From positions 128,001 to 192,000 of the IMG/VR virus record IMGVR_UViG_3300032334_001433: a stretch of 64,000 bases of DNA; one strand, written 5' to 3'. The translations under genes and the position numbers were made by a program. Positions within the stretch are counted from its first letter, which is position 1. Each line of letters begins with the position of its first letter. This DNA comes from a virus (lineage: Duplodnaviria > Caudoviricetes). This document shows positions 57,001-64,000 of the stretch, piece after piece. The notes under the pieces are model-generated. The model saw nothing but the letters and a program-made list of their open reading frames with translations, searched no databases and had not been told where the DNA came from.

Positions 57001-60000
57001 AATGTTACAGGGCCAGTTAATTTTTACGGCAATGTAACAACGCACGCATCAAATAATCTGTCCATATCGGACAATATGATTTATTTGAATTCAGGTTCGG
57101 AAGCATCTAATCCTGACCTAGGATTTGCCGGCAATTATAATGATGGATCATATCATCATACTGGTTTCTTCCGCGACGCAAGAAATAATGGTACATGGAA
57201 AGTATTTGAAAACTATTCTCCAGAACCAGATGCTAATATCTACATTGATACTTCGCACCCCTCATTTAGATTAGCAAATCTTGCAGCAAATTATTTGTTT
57301 GGTAATCTAATTGGTACAATTAGTTCTTTAGATAACTTTACCACAAGTAATCTAAGAGAAGGTGCAAACTTATATTATACAAATGCTAGAATAGAAAGTT
57401 ATTTCTCTAATATTACAACTAGCTTATTGCCAATTGTTGGCAATGCACTTGATATTGGATCTAGTGATAGACCATTTAGAGATTTATGGTTATATGGTAA
57501 CTCAATTAAATTCTCTAATTCTGGCTCTATAAGTTCAACGGGCAACACCTTCGTAATGACGGATTCTAGTAATACCATCATTATGAGTGCGAATGCCAAC
57601 GCATTAGTAATTACTTCTCCATCAGGTAAAATTGACGGAAGCTTAATTTCTTCATCTGGATTATCAAGCGCAAATATTCCTGAAGGCGGAGCAAACTTAT
57701 ATTATTCTAATACAAGAGTTTTAGCAAATATAATTCCGCTATTAAATTTGAAAGCAAACGTAACAGATTTAACGACTGCAAATATTGTTGAAGTTGGAAA
57801 TAATTTATATTTCTCTAATGTTAAAGCCGTTAATGCTATTACTCAAACTGCTTTGAGTAATTTAACGATATCTGGAAATATAGCATCGCCGACTGGTAAT
57901 CTAGTTATAGATACAATTACAACAAATAGAATTGTTGCTAATACTTGGTCGGGTATAACTACTGCAAAGGTTCCTGAAGCAGTTGATAATCTGTATTTTA
58001 CTAATACAAGAGCTCAATTGGCATTACAGCCAACAATTGCAGAATTAAGAGCATCAATAACTGCTCCTGTTGCAAATGTAATTTATGTTGCTAAGAACGG
58101 AAACGATAATAATACAGGCAATACCGCAAGTAATGCTTTGGCAAATATCCATATCGCATTGGCAAGAGCAACAGAATGGACTACTGTTTTTGTTAAGAGC
58201 GGAGACTATACCTTATACAACCAACCAGTAACAATTGGTCGTCGTGTTGGTTTAGTGGGTGACAATTTAAGAACAACTACAATTAGGCCATCTCAGCCAG
58301 CAGTTGATATGTTCTATGTTAACAATGCTTGCTACGTAACAGGATTTACATTCAGAGACCATATTGCTCCTTCGGCAGTATTCTCATACAATCCGGATGG
58401 ATCTGCAGGTACAATTGTTACCAGCCCATATATTCAAAATTCCAGCTCAATTACAACTACCGGTACAGGTATGCGTGTAGATGGCAGATATGTTTCTGGT
58501 CTACGTTCAATGGTTTGTGATTCTTATACACAAACTAATGAAGGTGGTATTGGTATCCATATGTTGTATAGAGGCTACACTCAGTTAGTTTCTGTGTTTA
58601 CAATTTGTTGCCATATTGCTATCAAATGTGAAACGGGCGGCTTCTGTTCCATAACAAACTCTAACGCATCGTTTGGTACATACGCATTGTATGCTGACGG
58701 CGTTAGCGAGGCATTATATTATGGTAAATTAAGAGATGACACATTGGGTCAAGAATTTGTATTTACAAATCTATCACAAAGACCAAATTATGGAGACTCT
58801 GTTTTATTTGCAACATACAATCAAGATAAATGTGCAAGAGACTCTGGTTTAATTGTAGATTCATTGGCATTTGATTTGGCGTACGGCGGCAATACTCAAG
58901 CAACCTTTGCAGGTCTACAATATTGGGCACAGACAGAATCGGCAATTCCAAATCAATCAGTTGAAACATTGGCGGCAATTAATTATGCTAAAGATTTAGC
59001 ATTAAACGTAATAGCAAATGTTAGAGTATCTTATACATATCAAGGATCTAATGTTCAACAGTATGCATCTGCACCAACATTAATTGCAGATCCCACATCG
59101 AATGTTAAGGTTGCTTCGGAGTTTGATATTATAACAGGTATTATTACCAATGGTACAGTTGGCGTAACAGATTTAATAATTCCTAATTCATATCCTGCAA
59201 ATACTAATGCATATGTAAATCATGCATCGAATTTATTATATAGAAATAATACATTCATTGCATCAGAAGTTGTAGCATTTGTAAATTCTACATATCCAGG
59301 ATTTACATATAATGCAAATACTTGCGCTAGAGATGTTGGATTTATTTTAGATACAATTAGATTTGATTTATTGCACGGCGGTAATAAGCAAGCAGTCCAA
59401 GCAGGTACTTACTACTACAATTATAACGCATCGACTACACAAATTAATGACCAGGTTGTACAAACAGGTGCAGCATATAATTATATTGGTCAAATTATAA
59501 CCAATGTTATAACAAAGAAAAAGAATGCGGCGTATAATCAAGATAAATGCGAAAGAGATACTGGTCTAATTGTTGACTCGGTGTTAATGGATCTTGCGTA
59601 TGGAAGCAATTCGCAATCCATATTTGCTGGTCTGCAATATTGGTCACAGACAGATTCTGCAATACCTACACAGTCCGATGAAACCGTTGCAGCAATAAAT
59701 TATGCTAAAACTTTAGCAGTTAATATCGCAAGTGATACTGTAATTTCTTCTCCTTATCAAGGAACAGTTACTCAAGTTAGAGGAACTGCAGGAACTGCTG
59801 CAGGCAAAGTTACAGATGAATTTAATTTAATTGTTGACATAATTAATAACGGAACAGTTGGTGTAACAGATAGAATTGTACCAAATTCATTCCCAGCAAA
59901 TACAAATGTTGGATTAAATAATTCTGCAAATCTAATTTATTTAAACAAATCATTTATTCAAGCAGAAGTAATTGCATATGTTAACACTACATATCCAGGA

Positions 60001-62190
60001 TTCTTTGCAAATGCAAATAACTTTATAGATGTTGCAAATGCAGAAACAAAATGCTCTCGCGATGTAGGGTATATTATTGATAGCGTTCGCTTTGATTTGC
60101 TACACGACGGCAATAGACAAGCAATACAATCGGGTACTTATTATTATAATTATAGTGCAAATGTAACCCAAATTAACGATCAAATCGTTAAGACGGGCAA
60201 AGCATACGATTACATTGCTCAAGTTGCAAATAAAGTAGTACAAAATAAAAAGAATGCAGCATACAATCAAGAAAAATGCGAAAGAGATACAGGACTAATT
60301 GTAGATTCAATTGCGTTGGATTTGGCATATTCTGGAAATAGCCAATCCACATTTGCCGGGTTACAATATTGGGCACAAACTGAATCTGCAATTAAGAATC
60401 AGTCTACACAAACAATTGCAGCAATTAACTATGCTAAGATACTGGCATCCAATATTGTTCAAAATATTACGATAACTTCTCCATATCAAGGATCGGTTAC
60501 ACAAGTAACAGGGTCAGCAGCTAGTCCTGTAGAAGCAAATATATACAGTGCTAGATTTGATTTGTTAACAAGTATTATTACTAATGGAACCGTAGGTGTT
60601 ACAGATTCTATTATTCCAAATCAATATCCAAGAACTTCTAATACTACAGTTACAAATGGCGCAAATCTAGTTATTGCTAATAAATCGTTTATTCAAGCAG
60701 AAGTGATTGCATATGTTAATGCTACATATCCAGGATTCTTTGCGAACACAAATAATTTTGTTGATGGGGCAAATGCACAAACAAAATGCTCTCGCGATGT
60801 AGGTTACATATTAGATAGTATTACCTTTGATTTGATACATGGCGGCAATAAACAAACTATTCAATCTGGTGTATATTATTATAATTTCAATTCAAATGTT
60901 ACTCAAATTAACGATCAAATCGTTAAAACAGGACAAGCATACACGTTTATTAGTGGACTAATTGATAAGATTATTTTAGGTAATGTTATCACTTTCACAT
61001 ATCAAACGGCAGTGCCACAAAATACTACAGCAGCACCGGCAGCAACATTGTCAGAAGTAACAACGGAAAGAAACTTAGTTGGAATAATTAATAACATTAT
61101 TACTAACGGTCCAAATGTTATTTACGCTAGAACTCCTATTAGTTTAACTGCAAGCACAGATGCAAATGTAGTTAATGCTACAAAATTAATAATTGCTAAT
61201 AGAGATTTTATTAAGGCAGAAACAATTGCGTATGTAAACGAAACAATGTTTGATCCTCCATATCAAATAGATGTACTTCAGGATACAACTACATATACTT
61301 CAGCAACAACTGCAGAAGCAAATGTTATTGCACAAAAAATTAGTTTAATTAAGAATATTATTACTAACGGTCCAAATGTAGCACCGGCAAAAACACCAAT
61401 TGTATATGCTCCTGTTACAAATGCTAATTTATCAAATGCGGCAAAAATCTTATTAATAAATAGAGATTACATTAAGGCAGAAACAATTGCGTATGTAAAT
61501 GCTAATTTGTTTGACCCTCCATATCAAACACGCTACAAACAAAATACTAGTGCGGCGCCTGCATCGGATTATGCGACGGCTAATTTAGTATTACAAAATA
61601 TTGGTTTAGTTACAAATATTATTTCTCAAGGTCCGTCAGTTGCTCCTGCAAGAAGACCAATTGGATTAACTGCAAATACATCACCAAATGTTATTAACGC
61701 CACAAAATTGATTCTTGCTAATAGAGATTATATTACGGCAGAAGTAATTGGATTTGTAAATAAAAATTGGTCAAATATTAGTAATGGTACAGGCACATAT
61801 TATACAGTTAAAAATGCAACAAACCTAGTAGGAAATACTAGTACGGTCACATTATTGGAAACAATCCAAGTAGCGATACCGGCAAATACTAGCGTATCTT
61901 TCCATCAAGGAAGTTATATTTCATCAAGCGGACATACTTTTGAATATGTTGGCTCGGGTGATACTATTGCAACTGCATTGCCATATTTAGGCGGAATTCC
62001 TAAACAAGAAAATGAAATTACTGAATTGCGTGGCGGTAAAGTATTCTTTACAAGTACGGATCAAAGAGGTGATTTTAGAATTGGTACAGGACTTGTTATA
62101 AATAGAGTTGACGGAACAATTTCTGGTCGAACATTCAACAAAGCATTGTTCGCAGTTATGACACCATATATGCTAGCAATCGAAGGGTAA
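54031..62190 (+). CDS. 2719-aa tail fibre/baseplate-associated structural protein
   Basis: MADLKISQL start; two repeat families; HTFEYVGSG...FFTSTDQRGDFRIG C-terminus as in T4-like virion proteins. Confidence 0.8.
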   Translation: MADLKISQLVQANVVNKDDLIYLIQDGQSENVSAGTLFASITDPTLSGNIILGGPAQSLYTSGTISTATTRTDLYGGVSADANAVANGSVLPTSLFFYTEGKSATGRGISFANGSPFTKTLYVRAQNNKIYLGAAQGSTFSYPPDDWVGPTGLRPFPTGLTFTKGATYIFDVSDSTNAGNVIGLSTSIDGTNTLGSRYTANIVVNGTPGSPGANIVFTVPNVGEDAGGKKYLDLPQGVDGQLKVINLVSTQGGRYTISSNIRNNLAIELSKTGDSAFLMYSGNAWLLIGSNPGLITTFSGTSDDIAEGQKLYFTNARARAAISAGDASITYDPITGTIRANVSGASAVSLANADLNLGNLTLSGQFRGNLNVTGYVKANGLTIQGIDVTNTVLAANIVSQVSTSNVFTTNTATIYGNILVGGNLSVNNTILANGIVIAGNASALNILTTSITANVWNNLYTANVIESASNLYYTNARVYANVSPLLVTKANVSDLTTANVIESASNLYYTNARVYANVFPLLSNKANVADLTTANVRESASNLYYTNARVYANVLPLLATKANISDLTTANVNEFGSNLYYTNARVYANVSPLLATKANVSDLTTANVNEYGANLYFSNARVYANVSPLLALKANVVDLTTANVVEYGANLYFSNARVFANLSQASINALADVDTSTVAPTLGQGLIWNGTIWAPAAITVSGTEASNIANVVLSIGNFTTANIREASSNLYYTNARVYANVSPLLVLKANVSDLTTANVNEFGSNLYFTNARVISAVANSTISNLTVLGNIVSSGNVSASYFIGNGYLLTGIVANINSVNGNLTVSGNVIANTLIIGSTSGGSLTGANLVQTNYISANIWQGIYTANVLESTSNLYFTNARVYANVSPLLALKANVVDLTTANVIESASNLYYTNARVYANVAPLLVGKANVVDLTTANVIEIGSNLYLTNSRVRLALSGGTGVIYSNITGIISIGQNVATNANVTFGQLNVTGPVNFYGNVTTHASNNLSISDNMIYLNSGSEASNPDLGFAGNYNDGSYHHTGFFRDARNNGTWKVFENYSPEPDANIYIDTSHPSFRLANLAANYLFGNLIGTISSLDNFTTSNLREGANLYYTNARIESYFSNITTSLLPIVGNALDIGSSDRPFRDLWLYGNSIKFSNSGSISSTGNTFVMTDSSNTIIMSANANALVITSPSGKIDGSLISSSGLSSANIPEGGANLYYSNTRVLANIIPLLNLKANVTDLTTANIVEVGNNLYFSNVKAVNAITQTALSNLTISGNIASPTGNLVIDTITTNRIVANTWSGITTAKVPEAVDNLYFTNTRAQLALQPTIAELRASITAPVANVIYVAKNGNDNNTGNTASNALANIHIALARATEWTTVFVKSGDYTLYNQPVTIGRRVGLVGDNLRTTTIRPSQPAVDMFYVNNACYVTGFTFRDHIAPSAVFSYNPDGSAGTIVTSPYIQNSSSITTTGTGMRVDGRYVSGLRSMVCDSYTQTNEGGIGIHMLYRGYTQLVSVFTICCHIAIKCETGGFCSITNSNASFGTYALYADGVSEALYYGKLRDDTLGQEFVFTNLSQRPNYGDSVLFATYNQDKCARDSGLIVDSLAFDLAYGGNTQATFAGLQYWAQTESAIPNQSVETLAAINYAKDLALNVIANVRVSYTYQGSNVQQYASAPTLIADPTSNVKVASEFDIITGIITNGTVGVTDLIIPNSYPANTNAYVNHASNLLYRNNTFIASEVVAFVNSTYPGFTYNANTCARDVGFILDTIRFDLLHGGNKQAVQAGTYYYNYNASTTQINDQVVQTGAAYNYIGQIITNVITKKKNAAYNQDKCERDTGLIVDSVLMDLAYGSNSQSIFAGLQYWSQTDSAIPTQSDETVAAINYAKTLAVNIASDTVISSPYQGTVTQVRGTAGTAAGKVTDEFNLIVDIINNGTVGVTDRIVPNSFPANTNVGLNNSANLIYLNKSFIQAEVIAYVNTTYPGFFANANNFIDVANAETKCSRDVGYIIDSVRFDLLHDGNRQAIQSGTYYYNYSANVTQINDQIVKTGKAYDYIAQVANKVVQNKKNAAYNQEKCERDTGLIVDSIALDLAYSGNSQSTFAGLQYWAQTESAIKNQSTQTIAAINYAKILASNIVQNITITSPYQGSVTQVTGSAASPVEANIYSARFDLLTSIITNGTVGVTDSIIPNQYPRTSNTTVTNGANLVIANKSFIQAEVIAYVNATYPGFFANTNNFVDGANAQTKCSRDVGYILDSITFDLIHGGNKQTIQSGVYYYNFNSNVTQINDQIVKTGQAYTFISGLIDKIILGNVITFTYQTAVPQNTTAAPAATLSEVTTERNLVGIINNIITNGPNVIYARTPISLTASTDANVVNATKLIIANRDFIKAETIAYVNETMFDPPYQIDVLQDTTTYTSATTAEANVIAQKISLIKNIITNGPNVAPAKTPIVYAPVTNANLSNAAKILLINRDYIKAETIAYVNANLFDPPYQTRYKQNTSAAPASDYATANLVLQNIGLVTNIISQGPSVAPARRPIGLTANTSPNVINATKLILANRDYITAEVIGFVNKNWSNISNGTGTYYTVKNATNLVGNTSTVTLLETIQVAIPANTSVSFHQGSYISSSGHTFEYVGSGDTIATALPYLGGIPKQENEITELRGGKVFFTSTDQRGDFRIGTGLVINRVDGTISGRTFNKALFAVMTPYMLAIEG
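55405..58010 (+). repeat. 36-aa (108-nt) repeat, about 15 copies in several tandem blocks
   Basis: TTANVxExxSNLYYTNARVYANVSPLLxxKANVxDL. Confidence 0.85.
58812..60990 (+). repeat. Three ~240-aa tandem repeats
   Basis: YNQDKCxRDxGLIVDS...FAGLQYWAQT recurring near 58812, 59529 and 60259. Confidence 0.85.
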
Positions 62191-62194
62191 AAAA

Positions 62195-62530
62195 ATGGCA
62201 ACCGCATTAAATGTATTTAGAACAATAACTGCTAATATTAAAACATCTTCTAATGTAATTTATACAGCACCTGCATTAAAAACTTGTATTGTGTTATCAA
62301 TGCAAGCAACAAATGTTACTGGAAATACAGTAAGTACTACATTCTATCATAGTACTGCATCAAATGTATTGGTTGAATTAACAAAAGATTTTGAAATTCC
62401 TACGAAAGATACTGCTAGTATTACTACAGGAAAATTAGTTTTAGAAACAGGACAAAAAGTGGTTGGAACTTGTAGCGTAAATGACGGTTTAAAATTAGTT
62501 ATGAGTATTTTAGAAACAGCAAATGACTAA
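62195..62530 (+). CDS. Small virion structural protein
   Basis: MATALNVFRT, GKLVLETG, MSILETAND. Confidence 0.7.
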   Translation: MATALNVFRTITANIKTSSNVIYTAPALKTCIVLSMQATNVTGNTVSTTFYHSTASNVLVELTKDFEIPTKDTASITTGKLVLETGQKVVGTCSVNDGLKLVMSILETAND

Positions 62531-64000
62531 ACTTTTATCGGGTAGAGTAAAAAAGGTCAAAAGCGCGAACGTTCGTGCAAGTAGATACGACTTCATTGGT
62601 CTAAGTGAGACAGAGCCAGACTTAGGCTTGCCTTCGGCCAATGGTTATATTTTAGTTGCAAATACTGACGGTACTCGATCTTGGCAAGAACCTGCACACG
62701 TCGTAGATGTTGCAAATATATCAGTATCGTTAAATAATTTTACAACTGCAAACCTCAGAGAAGGTTCAAATCTTTATTATACTAATACAAGAGTATACGC
62801 AAACTTATCCCAAGCAAGTATTAATGCTTTAGTAGATGTTGATACTGCAACCAATGCGCCAACTGAAGGCCAGGGCCTAATTTGGAAAACTAATATTTGG
62901 GTCCCTGCAACAATTTCTGTTTCTAGTACAGAAATTTCCAATATTGCAAATGTAGTACTTGGCGTTGTGGCCGCATCAACCACATCTGGATACGCAAATT
63001 CATCTGGTTTTTCTAATGTATCTGGTTTTGCCAATGTATCGGGATACGCAAATACAACAGGATTTGCCAATGTAGCTTCCATTGCTAATACAGCAACAAA
63101 TGCCAATGTATCTGGATATGCTAATGTATCGGGATTTGCTAATATAGCTGCCATTGCTAATGTATCGGGATTTGCTAATGTATCGGGATTTGCTAATGTA
63201 TCTGGGTATGCAAATGTAGCAAATCTAGCAAACTATGCTAATGTTGCCGGATTTGCGAATTCTACTAATTATACAAATGTTGCCAACTATGCAACATATG
63301 CATTAATATCTACGTTAACAAATTTTGCTAATTCTGCAATTTTTGCTAACAATGCCGGATATGCTAATGTATCAGGATTTGCAAACACATCATTAGTCTC
63401 AAATAATAGTTATTACACGTTATTGGCAGAAGTTGCTTATATATCAAATTCCTCAAATATAGCACTTAGATCCAATTTTGCAAATACTACAGGTTTTGCT
63501 AATACATCAACATTTGCTAACACAACAAGTTTTGCTAATACATCAACATTTGCTAACACAACAAGTTTTGCCAATGTAGCAACATTTGCAAACACGGCAA
63601 CATTTGCTAACACAACAAATTTTGCCAATGTGGCAGCAGTTGCAAACACGGCAACATTCGCTAATACGACGTATTTTGCTAATGTAGCAGCAGTTTCAAA
63701 CACAGCAACATTCGCTAATACGACAAATTTTGCCAATGTGGCAGCAGTTGCAAACACATCAATATTTGCCAATGTAGCAACATTTGCCAATACAACGGGA
63801 TTCGCTAATACAACAAGTTTTGCTAATTTGGCTGCTGTTGCCAATGTAGCAACATTTGCTAACACTGCAGATTCGGCAAACTTTTCAGGTTTAGCAAGTA
63901 TAGCAAATATAGCAATATCTGCTAATTTTGCAACTAATTCCGGTTCCGCAAACACATCTGGGTTTGCTAATATATCAGGTTCAGCCAATGTAGCAACCTT
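62523..64000 (+). CDS. Truncated structural/fibre protein with a hexapeptide repeat (missing from the ORF track because no stop falls inside the window)
   Basis: MTKLLSGRVKK...GLSETEPDLGLP; open frame to the window end. Confidence 0.85.
   Translation, partial: MTKLLSGRVKKVKSANVRASRYDFIGLSETEPDLGLPSANGYILVANTDGTRSWQEPAHVVDVANISVSLNNFTTANLREGSNLYYTNTRVYANLSQASINALVDVDTATNAPTEGQGLIWKTNIWVPATISVSSTEISNIANVVLGVVAASTTSGYANSSGFSNVSGFANVSGYANTTGFANVASIANTATNANVSGYANVSGFANIAAIANVSGFANVSGFANVSGYANVANLANYANVAGFANSTNYTNVANYATYALISTLTNFANSAIFANNAGYANVSGFANTSLVSNNSYYTLLAEVAYISNSSNIALRSNFANTTGFANTSTFANTTSFANTSTFANTTSFANVATFANTATFANTTNFANVAAVANTATFANTTYFANVAAVSNTATFANTTNFANVAAVANTSIFANVATFANTTGFANTTSFANLAAVANVATFANTADSANFSGLASIANIAISANFATNSGSANTSGFANISGSANVAT
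62990..64000 (+). repeat. 18-nt/6-aa tandem repeat (F/Y/V/I)AN(V/T)xx
   Basis: GFANVS-GYANVS, FANTST-FANTTS-FANVAT units. Confidence 0.9.

Noticed and set aside
62777-63988. Minus-strand ORFs 62777-63154 and 63437-63988
   Set aside because: They are antisense shadows of the hexapeptide-repeat gene on the + strand.
1-64000. Stop-codon recoding suggested by the large tRNA set
   Set aside because: There is no suppressor (CTA/TCA/TTA) anticodon, core genes are full length in the standard code, and TAG is used as a stop (e.g. 23763-23765).

Overview
A 64-kb segment of a large T4-like (myovirus-type) phage, AT-rich and almost entirely on the + strand, with the standard genetic code. In order it contains: the end of a CobT/vWA-like gene plus a CobS-like AAA ATPase; a ~16-kb nucleotide-sugar/glycosyltransferase cluster behind a T4 late promoter (gmd, GT10, rfbH, a split YerE-like ThDP enzyme, rfbB-like, hldD, hldE kinase, Zn-ADH, an E1-type ThDP fusion, FkbM, GT2); the T4 replication core (gp45, gp44, gp62, regA, gp43, uvsX, gp40-like, gp41) with hsp20 and envelope-related accessory genes; 26 tRNA genes covering all 20 amino acids (23 in one array) interspersed with groES, unexplained structured RNAs, rubrerythrin/rubredoxin and an rpoZ homologue; a late cluster of proteins with T4-like capsid-targeting N-termini; and large repeat-rich tail/fibre proteins, the last one truncated. 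Eight near-consensus sigma70 promoters and nine TATAAATA late promoters are visible. The best candidate for a new system is just upstream of the tRNA array. A late promoter drives a 31-codon leader ORF that contains all 20 amino acids and 29 different codons, covering essentially every anticodon class the phage encodes. It is coupled to mutually exclusive antiterminator and terminator hairpins and followed by boxA-like elements, so it looks like a pan-tRNA-sensing attenuator. Gene calls rest on motif recognition only; no database searches or folding programs were run.
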